This document shows, one piece after another, positions 48,801-57,330 of a stretch of 64,000 nucleotides of DNA. Within the stretch, counting starts at the first letter, position 1, and each line of letters opens with the position of its first letter. The stretch is from Dehalococcoidales bacterium (GTDB lineage Bacteria; Chloroflexota; Dehalococcoidia; Dehalococcoidales; UBA5627). The stretch covers positions 13,218 through 77,217 of the forward strand of contig DAOUFJ010000008.1 in the NCBI GenBank assembly GCA_034429935.1, read 5' to 3'. Both the position numbers and the translations under genes were made by a program. The notes beneath the pieces are model-generated. The model was not told the origin of the DNA and did not search any database. It was given only the letters and a program-made list of their open reading frames with translations.

Positions 48801-48937
48801 AAACGCAGGCAGCGCCGGCTTCCCAGGGGATTCTGATCGTTCCGGACTGGCTTTACTGTGCGCTCGGATTCATGGCTCTGCTGGTAGTCATGCTGCTGAC
48901 AGCTATACTGCTGATAATCACGAAAAGGCGGCAGTAA
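45869..48937 (+). CDS. Second giant cell-surface (S-layer-like) protein with the same architecture as the 39975 gene
   Basis: The signal peptide is MAIKRLFVLILAVPLVLLNVPVGA|EN. Asp-boxes include SVDDGNSW, SSDSGESW, SCDYGMNW and SDDGGVTF. FN3-like motifs are GNEYYWRIRAVEP..SPWS and NTTYYWRVRAVNPDAVGSWS. A Thr/Ser-rich stalk is followed by the TM anchor LYCALGFMALLVVMLLTAILLIITKRRQ. Confidence 0.85.
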   Translation: MAIKRLFVLILAVPLVLLNVPVGAENVVEGASNTARWQQANIPAQGGEHGWLLAGGSDITCLAIDSNGILYAGVTGLPSNFYRSVDDGNSWQAIGSGSDTVVDIVITPEDAVYYATAYDIYRFFDGVITLVASLPGRSAGPGTAITSIDVSFYNGGYAVLVGTRNENSGQFGGVYVVSGEVFLQWQDLGLAGCDVYSVAFSPHFGEDNFVLALATDETGTFVTWKEGSSGWGSTVGDAMLTDGGTGSPVVVTGTAEIAFPGDYSSNAGSGNCVLYAAVDTGTAGGDVYAVYGRGIPGQSVAEDLDVAACCGGDNIDITGFDICGSTGSICMMAGASAGGDVYMSSDSGESWRQSGKPPTGGGSTFVLMSAGYKSNGKAYCATGGSESAFSMSCDYGMNWNQRGLIDTTVDIVLDTAVSPRYSDDETVFLLTWGGEYSLWRTLNGCESWERIFSGSPVNPIVVDRVGISPQYGVESHVLYLCGSADGNPAIWKTVDRGQSFSARDAPFAVDQWKVVGDTSFYIAGEDSQALLYKTTNSGVRYAVKTAVGSEMLTSIAVSPSYSSDKTVLVGNSNGGVYLSDDGGVTFAPLGDAASPLGGGISVAFDAGYAGNNTVYAAGDMPGNGVYSFTIGESTVWESIDSTLPPGAMIGDMGVSGNGTLYAVNFQQVDAAGEKGGVERCLSPSSGPVFETFNSGLNIDASLDGFRVSGNTVWSLDIDNNCLVFFTDSLSQKVTLTSPADGSTVKGDVSGTAVKSVLLDWEPLDGASGYRWQLGSDDNFSSSSIISEDTTDSSSLKLTLLEAGNEYYWRIRAVEPVLSPWSDVWSFTPEALSELDAPVLESPAAGAVNVPVNTMFQWTAVSGAESYEMEVSAQYDFNNVVVRLAGDASLPVNAWQNQAAFGYNTTYYWRVRAVNPDAVGSWSGAGVFSTEPAASVQTLITTSAITEQVQTTQTSASFSTVEKLTTTVSTEFSTVTIVQTQAAPASQGILIVPDWLYCALGFMALLVVMLLTAILLIITKRRQ

Positions 48938-48962
48938 CGGGAAACCGAATCCGGTAGGGTGA

Positions 48963-49595
48963 TTAAAGTTCGAGGACGGTAACCTGCATTATCAGCGGCA
49001 GGTTGTTTTTGGTAATTGTCAGCTTGGCCTGGGGAGGGGTATCGTGCGTACCGATTTCCTTGAGGAATTTATCCACCGGGTCGAGCGTTCGTGTCAGCGA
49101 AGGTGTTCCGTAATGCATCGGCAATACGATTTTCGGCTCGATTTGACGGACAATCGCCGCCGCCGCCGAGGCGTTTATAGTGGAAACGCCGCCGACCGGC
49201 AGCATCAGTATATCCACATTCCCCATTTCTTCCGTCTGGTTCTCGGTCAGCGGATGCCCTAAATCCCCCAGGTGACAGATGGTTATATCGTCCATCTCGA
49301 TAAGATAAATGGTATTTTTCCCTTTGAGGTTACCCTTCTCACCGTCGTGGTAGGAGGCCAACCCGATAACCAGCACATTGCTGATTTCGTATTCTCCGGG
49401 GCCTTTAACAAGATGGGGGTCGCTGTTGACTCCGGCGGTATACGAATGACCGGGGTGCTGGTGGCTGACGGTAACGATATCGGCGCTCTGTTTCCCCAGG
49501 GTATACCCGGTATCGGGGGAATAGGGGTCTGTAATAACAGTCGCCTGCTTCCCTTTTATCCTGAAACAAGAATGCCCTAACCAAGTAATTTCCAT
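48963..49595 (-). CDS. MBL-fold metallo-hydrolase (UPF0173-like)
   Basis: MEITWLGHSCFRIKGKQATVITDP... is followed by HQHPGH (HxHxxH-like). The internal ATG at 49595 is preferred. Confidence 0.85.
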   Translation of the reverse strand: MEITWLGHSCFRIKGKQATVITDPYSPDTGYTLGKQSADIVTVSHQHPGHSYTAGVNSDPHLVKGPGEYEISNVLVIGLASYHDGEKGNLKGKNTIYLIEMDDITICHLGDLGHPLTENQTEEMGNVDILMLPVGGVSTINASAAAAIVRQIEPKIVLPMHYGTPSLTRTLDPVDKFLKEIGTHDTPPQAKLTITKNNLPLIMQVTVLEL

Positions 49596-49694
49596 ATTGT
49601 TAGCATAAGTGTAGCACAAATAGCTTTGAATGGTCAATTAAAATAAGAAAAAGTGTACAGAATGCACCCTGTGTTATGGTATCATAGTTCTGTC

Positions 49695-50432
49695 ATGAAA
49701 TATGCGCTGTTATCCGATATTCATTCCAATCTCGAAGCCCTGACCGCGGTGCTGGAAGACATCGACCGGCGCGGAGGCGTCGACGAGATATGGTCTCTGG
49801 GGGATATCGTAGGTTACGGCCCCGACCCCGGCGAGTGCATAAAATTGCTGCGCAGCCGCAAGCACATAAGCGTCAGCGGGAACCACGATATTTTTTGTTC
49901 GGGGAAGATGGATGCACTATATCTGTTGAATCCCGAAGCGGCGACCGCCTGCCGCTGGACGGCGCGCGTATTGTCACCGGAAGATATCGGGTATTTGAAC
50001 GGTTTGCCTGATGTCGTCGAACGCGGGAATTTTACGCTGGTTCACGGCAGCCCGCGCGACCCCGTGTGGGAATATGTCATGTCGCAGAGCATAGCGCTTA
50101 TCAACTTCGACTATTTCAGGACGAAATACTGCCTGGTGGGGCATACCCATATACCGCTGGTATTCAAGCTGGATGAAGAAGGGAACTGCATAACTCTCCC
50201 GTTATCGGAAAGCATCGGCGTGGTGCTTGGCAGGGATAAAATGATAGTCAACCCGGGTGGGGTGGGGCAGCCGAGAGACGGCGACCCGAGAGCCGGCTAT
50301 GCCATATACGACAGCGAATCGGGCGTGGTCAGGCTGCACCGTGTAGCCTATGATATCAAGCTGACGCAGCAAAAAATGGTGAAGCAGAACCTGCCTGTAC
50401 GCCTGATATCCCGTTTGGAGAAGGGACTGTAA
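49695..50432 (+). CDS. Metallophosphoesterase family protein
   Basis: Motifs MKYALLSDIHSN, GDIVGYGP, GNHD and GHTH are present. Confidence 0.85.
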   Translation: MKYALLSDIHSNLEALTAVLEDIDRRGGVDEIWSLGDIVGYGPDPGECIKLLRSRKHISVSGNHDIFCSGKMDALYLLNPEAATACRWTARVLSPEDIGYLNGLPDVVERGNFTLVHGSPRDPVWEYVMSQSIALINFDYFRTKYCLVGHTHIPLVFKLDEEGNCITLPLSESIGVVLGRDKMIVNPGGVGQPRDGDPRAGYAIYDSESGVVRLHRVAYDIKLTQQKMVKQNLPVRLISRLEKGL

Positions 50433-50434
50433 AG

Positions 50435-51346
50435 ATGAGCAACCGCAGTTATCGGAAGGATTTGCTGGAACAGACGCAGGGCTATCTGCGCCGGCTCGAT
50501 ATAAAAGCCAGGAAGAAGCTGGGGCAGCACTTCCTGGTCGACGAAGAGGCGCTGGCAGCGGTTGCCTCGGCTGCCGAACTCGAGCAGGATGATGTCGTCA
50601 TCGAAGTGGGGCCGGGACTGGGGGTGCTGACCCGTGAACTGGTAGAGCAAGCCGGCAGCGTCGTTGCGGTGGAACTCGACGACAGGCTGGCGGAAATCCT
50701 GAAGCAAAAGATGAACGCTGTTAAAAACTTCACGGTAGTCAACCGGGATATACTCAAGGTGAAGCCGGAAGCCCTGTTATCGGAGCCGGTTGCGGTAGCC
50801 GCTTTGTCGGGAAAGCCGGTTTCGTATAAAGTGGTGGCGAATCTGCCGTATTATATTACTTCCGCCGTCCTGCGCTACTTTCTGGAGGCTGCGCCCAGGC
50901 CCTCTCTCATGGTTGTCATGGTACAGAAAGAGGTGGCTGAAGCCATCGCCGCAGAACAGGGGAAGATGAGCCTGCTCAGCGTCAGCGTGCAATTCTACGG
51001 TAAGCCGGAGATAGTCAGAATAGTTCCGGCATCCGGCTTCTACCCGCCTCCGGAGGTCGATTCGGCCATATTGAAGATAAAAATATACGATGAACCGCGG
51101 CTGGATGTAGGGGACGTGGACGGATTTTTCGGCCTTGTCCGCGCCGGTTTTACGGCTGCGCGCAAGCAGTTGCCGAACTCGCTGGCACAGGGGCTGAAGT
51201 GTACGAAAGAGGAAGCAATTCTATTGCTTGAGGAAGCCGGAATCGACACCCGGCGCAGGGCGGAGACCCTGTCCCTGGAGGAGTGGGGGAAATTATGGGG
51301 AATATTCGAGAGGAGGCATTATGTTGACAGTTCAGGCACCTGCTAA
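50435..51346 (+). CDS. rsmA: 16S rRNA (adenine1518/1519-N6)-dimethyltransferase
   Basis: Motifs KKLGQHFLVD, VIEVGPGLGVLT and NLPYYITS are present. Confidence 0.93.
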   Translation: MSNRSYRKDLLEQTQGYLRRLDIKARKKLGQHFLVDEEALAAVASAAELEQDDVVIEVGPGLGVLTRELVEQAGSVVAVELDDRLAEILKQKMNAVKNFTVVNRDILKVKPEALLSEPVAVAALSGKPVSYKVVANLPYYITSAVLRYFLEAAPRPSLMVVMVQKEVAEAIAAEQGKMSLLSVSVQFYGKPEIVRIVPASGFYPPPEVDSAILKIKIYDEPRLDVGDVDGFFGLVRAGFTAARKQLPNSLAQGLKCTKEEAILLLEEAGIDTRRRAETLSLEEWGKLWGIFERRHYVDSSGTC

Positions 51347-52202
51347 GATAAACCTTACGCTCGAGGTTCTGGAGAAGCGGAACGACGGCTATCACGAGAT
51401 TCGCAGCGTAATACAGACCATCGACCTGTGCGACAACCTTTCTTTCGAAACCGGCTCCGGTATCGAAATCAGGTGCGACAGCTCCGACTGGCGTTCTCAC
51501 GAGAGCCTGATACCGCTGTCCGTCAGTCTGCTAAGGGAAAGTTCAGGGTGTTCGGAAGGCGTAATCATCCGCCTGTCGAAGAAGATACCGCTGCTTTCGG
51601 GTTTGGCGGGGGATTCCAGCGGCGCAGCCGCAACTCTCATCGGGCTTAACAAGTTCTGGGGGCTGGGGTATACGCTGGGAGAACTGGTGAAGTTTGCCGG
51701 GAAGCTGGGTTCGGATATTCCGTTCTTTATGTCGGGCGGCACGGCGCTTGTACAGGGGAGGGGCGAATCCGTCAGCCCGCTGCCGTCTTTACCCGGGAGG
51801 TGGGTGGTTTTACTGATGCCGGAGGTCAAACGAGCCGTCGGGAAGACACAGAAACTTTATGGCAGACTGAACCGGTGTTTTTTTACCGACGGGCAAGTAA
51901 CGGATAACCTGGTAATAAAACTGGCCAGAAGCGAGGAAATCGAAGACTCGTCATTTTTCAACGTCTTCGAAAAAGTAGCCTATGACGAGTTTCAGGGGCT
52001 GGGCGAATGCCGCGATGATTTTTTGGCAGCCGGCGCCGTCCGTGTCCATCTTGCCGGTTCCGGGCCGACCCTGTTTGCTGTGTTCAAGGATAAATATAAG
52101 GCCGAAGATATCTGCAGCAGGCTCAGGGAGCGTAGCTATCAGGCCTGCGCCGTCAAGACACTGGCGGGCATCGATTTTCTGAAAGCCGATATGGTGAGGT
52201 AA
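51321..52202 (+). CDS. ispE: 4-diphosphocytidyl-2-C-methyl-D-erythritol kinase
   Basis: MLTVQAPAKINLTLEVLEKRNDGYHEI... is followed by the GHMP motif IPLLSGLAGDSSGAAA. An AGGAGG RBS precedes the ATG at 51321. Confidence 0.93.
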   Translation: MLTVQAPAKINLTLEVLEKRNDGYHEIRSVIQTIDLCDNLSFETGSGIEIRCDSSDWRSHESLIPLSVSLLRESSGCSEGVIIRLSKKIPLLSGLAGDSSGAAATLIGLNKFWGLGYTLGELVKFAGKLGSDIPFFMSGGTALVQGRGESVSPLPSLPGRWVVLLMPEVKRAVGKTQKLYGRLNRCFFTDGQVTDNLVIKLARSEEIEDSSFFNVFEKVAYDEFQGLGECRDDFLAAGAVRVHLAGSGPTLFAVFKDKYKAEDICSRLRERSYQACAVKTLAGIDFLKADMVR

Positions 52203-52203
52203 T

Positions 52204-52839
52204 ATGATAGCGGAGTCCATTCTTTCCATAGTCGTCGCCTATTTGCTGGGTGCAATTCCCTTTGCCTATATTGCAGGCCGCCTGACAAAGGGCGTCGATA
52301 TACGACGTGTAGGCGGGGGTAACGTGGGCACCACCAATGTCCTGCGTGAAGTCGGCACGGCCTCGGGGCTGCTGGTATTTGCCGGCGATGTTCTGAAGGG
52401 CGTTCTTGCAATATTAATTGCAAAGTGGCTCGGCGTTTCAATTGTAATCGTATTTATAGCCGGGCTGGCGGCGGTTGTCGGTCATAACTGGTCTGTATTT
52501 ATCGGGTTTGGCGGGGGGAAGGGGGGAGCTACCACCATCGGCGTATTTTTTGCGCTTGTGCCCGTGTATACCGCCGTTATTTTCGGCATTATGCTGCTGG
52601 TCGCCTTTCTGACCAGCAACCTGAGGCTGTCCATGGTGGCTGGTTTCATCGTATTGCCGTTTCTGCTGTGGGGCTTCGGGGAACCCGGGAACATCATCGC
52701 CTATTCGGTCGGAATGCCGCTGCTGTCCGGCTTGCGTATTATCCCGTCCATTATCAGGGGAGCAAAAGACCCGCAGGCGCGCAGGAACTTCATCGTGGAT
52801 AAGGACTATACCCCCTTCCAGAAGAAGAGAAAGAAATAG
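52204..52839 (+). CDS. plsY: Glycerol-3-phosphate acyltransferase PlsY
   Basis: Motifs GAIPFAYIAGRL...GGGNVGTTNVLR and HNWSVF...GGKG are present. Confidence 0.93.
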   Translation: MIAESILSIVVAYLLGAIPFAYIAGRLTKGVDIRRVGGGNVGTTNVLREVGTASGLLVFAGDVLKGVLAILIAKWLGVSIVIVFIAGLAAVVGHNWSVFIGFGGGKGGATTIGVFFALVPVYTAVIFGIMLLVAFLTSNLRLSMVAGFIVLPFLLWGFGEPGNIIAYSVGMPLLSGLRIIPSIIRGAKDPQARRNFIVDKDYTPFQKKRKK

Positions 52840-52858
52840 CCGGGTCTGTATTTAAGTG

Positions 52859-52899
52859 GTTGACAGCCTATATAATGTACGCTATAGTGTATTATATAG
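52859..52899 (+). promoter_or_regulatory. Promoter plus 9-bp inverted repeat (candidate operator) upstream of the toxin-antitoxin pair
   Basis: The promoter is TTGACA (52859-52864), a 17-nt spacer and TATAGT. The inverted repeat is CTATATAAT (52868-52876) and ATTATATAG (52891-52899). Confidence 0.5.
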
Positions 52900-52933
52900 G
52901 GTACATAGTAGTGTCCATTATGGGGGGTGAACA

Positions 52934-53380
52934 ATGGTAGCTACGTTCTTATCCGATGATTTTATAAATTCCAAAGAATTAAGAAATAATCAAAAACACT
53001 GGCTTGAGAGGGCATATGTAACGCCTGTTTCGATAAGAAGCGGAGACAGAAAGCTGGTTCTTATAAACAGGGAACAGGCAAAAGAGGTTTATTTAATGAA
53101 CTATTATGCCCAGATGGTCGTCGGGTTCTGTCAGGAACGGAGTGCAGGAAGCAAGGAAAGCAGGGTTTTTCCATGGCTAAGATATCTGGAAGAAGCATCT
53201 GTAACAGAATTTCATAAACAGCTGCTTGCTGCTTTTAACGAGACGGTGCAAACTAAGGACTGGCTTACTCTCGAGGAATTGCTCGACGACTGGAAAGCGA
53301 CGGCCGAGGTGGCAAGCAATTCTGCATTGTCCAGAGAATTACAGACAGAGGAAAAACCAGCCGAATATGTCAGGCTCTGA
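52934..53380 (+). CDS. Putative antitoxin (Phd/YefM-like N-terminus with a ~90-aa C-terminal extension)
   Basis: INSKELRNNQKHWLERAYVTPVSIRSGDRKLVLINREQAKEVY resembles the Phd/YefM fold pattern. The gene overlaps the downstream RelE/ParE-like gene by 14 nt. Confidence 0.55.
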   Translation: MVATFLSDDFINSKELRNNQKHWLERAYVTPVSIRSGDRKLVLINREQAKEVYLMNYYAQMVVGFCQERSAGSKESRVFPWLRYLEEASVTEFHKQLLAAFNETVQTKDWLTLEELLDDWKATAEVASNSALSRELQTEEKPAEYVRL

Positions 53381-53657
53381 ACACAGATACGGAATCGTCT
53401 TCGTGAACAGAAGGGTGAAGGACGATTGGGAAGCGCTTTCGCAGAAGTTCCCTGAAAGGATAGAGGCTTGCAGGCGGTTTCTGGAAAATAATCCGGAGGA
53501 CAGACGGAAAGCTGTCGGTATTCTCAAAAAGTTGCATCCGCCCTACGAAGGAATTTTACAATACGACATTACGAAGGATAACTACAGGGTCTGGTATCGC
53601 GTAGATAGAGAAAAAAGAATTGTTATAATTAAATACGCAGGCACTCATCCCCGTTGA
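53367..53657 (+). CDS. RelE/ParE-superfamily type II toxin (96 aa)
   Basis: MSGSEHRYGIVFVNRRVKDDWEAL... continues to ILQYDITKDNYRVWYRVDREKRIVIIKYAGTHP, the characteristic C-terminal pattern. The internal ATG at 53367 is preferred. Confidence 0.75.
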   Translation: MSGSEHRYGIVFVNRRVKDDWEALSQKFPERIEACRRFLENNPEDRRKAVGILKKLHPPYEGILQYDITKDNYRVWYRVDREKRIVIIKYAGTHPR

Positions 53658-53668
53658 AGGAGAGGTCA

Positions 53669-54928
53669 TTATTTCTGTTTCGGCAGCATCTTCCTGATAA
53701 CCGCTTTCTCGTCCTCCCTGGTTACCGCTTTCCCGTCCAGCCTGGCATCCAGAACGGCATCGAGAATGTCTTTCATCATGGGACCCTGTGCAACACCCAT
53801 TTTGATAAGGTCGCTGCCGGAAAGTATGGGCTTCACGCCGTGCAGTTTTTCCGTGTACAGGACGAGCGCCGGGCGGCTTTCTTTCCCCTCACCGGCGATT
53901 ATGTTGGCAACTATCGCCTGCAGCGAATAGCCGCAGAGCAGATGATAGATTTCGCTGTTGCCGATTCGCGGAGCAGCCAGCAGCTTAAGCCTGTCTTTAA
54001 CATTCGAGCAATCTCTCATCGCCTGAGCCGCCTGTTTGGGCAGATGCAGATAGGAAATAATTCTTTCCTTGTTTTCGATATCCAGGTCGTAGGTAAGCAG
54101 CAGCCAGTAAATCATGGGGGAAGGAGTGTGCGCAGGGTTGAAATTCCTTGCCTGCAAAAACCTCCCGTTCATCCGCATATCGAATTTCAGCGACGGATTC
54201 AATTTTTCCAGCACTCCTAGACATTGTGCCCTTTCGAACACCCTTTCGGGGAAGCTTTCTTTCAGTATGCAGCCGATTTCATAGCAGATACGGTCGCCGC
54301 TGACCGTATCCAGCATCGGTATGCCGTGTTTTAATAGCTGCAGGGTATGCGGCTCTAACTGAAAACCGAGGCGCTGCTCATAGCGCAACCCCCTCCAGAT
54401 GCGCGTAGAATCGTCAATGAAGCTCATGTCGTGCAGAACACGTATCTTTCTACCACCGATGTCTCTTTGTCCGTTACAGGGGTCGTGAAGCATACCGTAG
54501 TCTTTTCCTGTGAGCCCGACCGCCATGGCGTTGACAGTGAAATCGCGCCGCTGCAGGTCTTCCTCCAGAGACCCGGGGGTTATATCGGGAAGAGCCCCCG
54601 GTTTCGGGTACTTCTCGGAACGTGCGGTGACGAAATCGATGTTCCAGTCCTGCCACTTTATTTTGGCGGTATTGAATTGTTTATGTATCGTTATTTTGCC
54701 GGAGTCCTTTCCCACCATCTCGCGCGCCAACCCCACTGCATCGCCTTCGACAGTCAGGTCGATATCGTAGTTGTCGTTGTCCAAAAGCAGGTCGCGCACC
54801 ACCCCGCCGACCAGATAGGCTTTCTCGTTGCGGTCGGCTGCCTTTCTTCCCACCAGCTGGAGGAAAACCACCAGCCTGGGAGGCAGCTTCCGTTCTATTT
54901 TCTCCGCCAGTTTTACTTCTTGCTGCAT
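53669..54928 (-). CDS. cca: CCA-adding tRNA nucleotidyltransferase (class II, PolyA_pol head domain)
   Basis: The GGVVRDLLLDNDNYDIDL motif is present, followed by the RRDFTVNAMA motif. Confidence 0.88.
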   Translation of the reverse strand: MQQEVKLAEKIERKLPPRLVVFLQLVGRKAADRNEKAYLVGGVVRDLLLDNDNYDIDLTVEGDAVGLAREMVGKDSGKITIHKQFNTAKIKWQDWNIDFVTARSEKYPKPGALPDITPGSLEEDLQRRDFTVNAMAVGLTGKDYGMLHDPCNGQRDIGGRKIRVLHDMSFIDDSTRIWRGLRYEQRLGFQLEPHTLQLLKHGIPMLDTVSGDRICYEIGCILKESFPERVFERAQCLGVLEKLNPSLKFDMRMNGRFLQARNFNPAHTPSPMIYWLLLTYDLDIENKERIISYLHLPKQAAQAMRDCSNVKDRLKLLAAPRIGNSEIYHLLCGYSLQAIVANIIAGEGKESRPALVLYTEKLHGVKPILSGSDLIKMGVAQGPMMKDILDAVLDARLDGKAVTREDEKAVIRKMLPKQK

Positions 54929-55044
54929 TCCTGCATTCCCGTTCGTAAATATTCTGAATTATAGCACAGGTTTGCGGCGGATACACCCGTTCGGTTGATA
55001 TAAAAACGCTATTTTCATATAATTAGACCTCGAGGTAGTTTGAT

Positions 55045-55596
55045 ATGATAGTAGCAGCACTGGTCGGGATGGCCGGCGCCGGCAAGTCCGAAGCCGCCAG
55101 ACTGTTCGTAGAGAACGGTTTTACAAAAATCAGGTTCGGCGACATAACCGATGAAGAACTGAAAAAGCGGGGGCTTGCGGTAAACGAGGAGAACGAGAGG
55201 AGCATCAGGGAAGGGTTCCGCAAGCAGCATGGTATGGCCGCTTATGCCATACTCAACCTGCCGCGCATAGAGTTGGTGCGGAAGTCGTCGCCGGTTATAA
55301 TAGACGGCCTTTATTCATGGGAAGAATATGTGTTTCTGAAAAATCATTTCAGGGAGAATCTTTCCGTGGTTGCCGTTTATTCTTCTCCCGCAACACGCTA
55401 TAAAAGGCTGGAGCACCGGGAAGTTCGTCCCCTGACATTCGAAGAAGCTGCCGGACGCGACCAGGCGGAAATCGTGAAGATAAACAAGGGCGGACCGATT
55501 GCCATGGCCGATTTTACGATAATAAACGAATCTTCTCTGAACGATCTGGAGAAAGAAGTCGAGAGAGCCATCTCTTTCTTGCGGGGGGAAAAGTGA
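55045..55596 (+). CDS. P-loop nucleoside/nucleotide kinase-like protein (UPF0200 / dephospho-CoA-kinase-like)
   Basis: The product is [34 protein letters not shown]..., with Walker A GMAGAGKS. It has a 4-nt GTGA overlap with the downstream deaminase gene. Confidence 0.65.
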   Translation: MIVAALVGMAGAGKSEAARLFVENGFTKIRFGDITDEELKKRGLAVNEENERSIREGFRKQHGMAAYAILNLPRIELVRKSSPVIIDGLYSWEEYVFLKNHFRENLSVVAVYSSPATRYKRLEHREVRPLTFEEAAGRDQAEIVKINKGGPIAMADFTIINESSLNDLEKEVERAISFLRGEK

Positions 55597-56066
55597 AAAG
55601 ACCTGATATCGACGAATACTTTTTGAAGATTGCCGCTGTGGTTGCCGAGCGTTCCACCTGCCTGCGCCACCACGTGGGAGCCGTTGCGGTCAAGAACAAG
55701 CACATCCTGTCCACCGGCTACAACGGAGCCGCCGCCGGCTGCAAGGATTGCCTTGAACTCGGATGCCTCAGAAACGAGCTGAATATCCCGTCCGGCGAAC
55801 GCCATGAGATCTGCCGCGCCATTCATGCCGAGCAGAACGCTATCATACAGGCGGCGCTGCACGGTGTCAGCCTCGAAGGTTGCACCATCTATTGCACCCA
55901 CACCCCCTGCATCCTTTGCGCCAAAATGCTGGCAAATGCCAAGATCAAGCGTTTTGTCAGTTTCGGCAAATACAACGACAATTCCTTTATCGATTTGTTC
56001 AAGGAGTCCGGAATAGAAGTCGATATCAAGAACAGGCCTCCTTCGCAGATAGAGTTCCTGGATTGA
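55593..56066 (+). CDS. dCMP deaminase (ComEB / CMP-dCMP-type zinc deaminase)
   Basis: The zinc-binding motifs are HAEQNAI and PCILCAKML. The start is a GTG. Confidence 0.92.
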   Translation: MKRPDIDEYFLKIAAVVAERSTCLRHHVGAVAVKNKHILSTGYNGAAAGCKDCLELGCLRNELNIPSGERHEICRAIHAEQNAIIQAALHGVSLEGCTIYCTHTPCILCAKMLANAKIKRFVSFGKYNDNSFIDLFKESGIEVDIKNRPPSQIEFLD

Positions 56067-56133
56067 GCACTCTGTGCATATCCGTGACAAATTTTCCTTA
56101 CTCTTGAATATGGAAGGTATCGCAGATGACGCT

Positions 56134-56172
56134 ATCATACTGAGTTAGTGAGGGTCGAACGAGGTATCCGGG
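56134..56172 (-). repeat. Degenerate fragment of the MITE-like element
   Basis: ATCATACTGAGTTAGTGAGGGTCGAACGAGGTATCCGGG compares with GTCATTCTGAGTTCGTGGTGGTCGAACGAAGAATCCGGGG at 38891. Confidence 0.4.
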
Positions 56173-56412
56173 AATGCCATTCAATATCGTTGACATATGT
56201 GGTACAATTAATGGGTTGCCGGATCGGTTTGGGGAAATTTCAGAGATTGTTTAATGAACGAGCCTGTCATTATCGAAAATCTTACCATGTTCTGGCAATG
56301 CTGGTATAGCGGCAGGGCTTGTTTTCACCCTTGTTATAGCCAATCGAAGACATTTGAGCCAGATTGAAATGTGGTCATTTTAAAGGAAAGGAATCCGATT
56401 TCTGTAAGACAG

Positions 56413-57327
56413 ATGGCTGCAGTAAAAACCAAGATTATCGTCAATCCCGTGGCGGGAGCTAAAACCACATATCGCAAGTGGCCTCTCATCAGCCAATTGT
56501 TACAAAGCGGCGGCATGCCTTTCGAATATCAATATACGGAAGGCGTCGGACATGCCATCGAGCTTGCCCGTGAAGCAACTATGAACGGTTACCAGTTTCT
56601 GGTGGCTGTAGGCGGGGACGGCACGGTTAACGAAGTGGCTAACGGGATACTTTTGTCGAAGGATTCCAGCGAAGCCACCATAGGTATCATCAGTACCGGG
56701 ACCGGCGGTGATTTTATCCGCACCGCCGGAATTACGAAGGATTATATCAAAGCCTGTTCATGTATCTGTGAAGCCAAAAGACGTTTGATAGACGTTGGAT
56801 TGGTGGAATACTGTAAGAACGGGCAGCGCTGCAAGAGGTATTTCGTTAATTCGGCTGGTATCGGCTTCGATGCCCAGGCGATAGAAGCCGCCAGTCATTT
56901 GCCGAAGATATTCGGCGGCACCATTCCTTATGTACTGGGGCTTCTGAAATCCGTTGTCAGCTATAAGAACAAGCCGGTTACCGTCAGCGTCGGAGAACGG
57001 CGCGAGGAAAGGCGTGTTTTAACGATGGTGATGGCTAACGGCTGCTATTTCGGCGGCGGCATGTGCATCGCTCCCAGGGCGGATATTTCCGATGGATTTT
57101 TAGATGTGGTTTCCGTCGGCGATATAAATAAGTTGGACCTTTTGAAAACGTTTCCGAAGATATACAAGGGTACGCATATCACCCATCCGATGGTCAAAAT
57201 CGAAAAGGCCACGCGGGTGGAGATAAGTTCTACTGAAAAAGTGGTGATTCAGGCCGACGGGGAATTCCTCGGCGAGTGCCCTGCGTCTTTCCAGATGATG
57301 CCGGCGGCTCTCGGTCTGGCATTTTAG
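56413..57327 (+). CDS. Diacylglycerol/lipid kinase family protein (YegS/BmrU-like)
   Basis: MAAVKTKIIVNPVAGA... is followed by the GGDGTVNEVANG motif. The internal ATG at 56413 is preferred. Confidence 0.88.
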   Translation: MAAVKTKIIVNPVAGAKTTYRKWPLISQLLQSGGMPFEYQYTEGVGHAIELAREATMNGYQFLVAVGGDGTVNEVANGILLSKDSSEATIGIISTGTGGDFIRTAGITKDYIKACSCICEAKRRLIDVGLVEYCKNGQRCKRYFVNSAGIGFDAQAIEAASHLPKIFGGTIPYVLGLLKSVVSYKNKPVTVSVGERREERRVLTMVMANGCYFGGGMCIAPRADISDGFLDVVSVGDINKLDLLKTFPKIYKGTHITHPMVKIEKATRVEISSTEKVVIQADGEFLGECPASFQMMPAALGLAF

Positions 57328-57330
57328 CGG

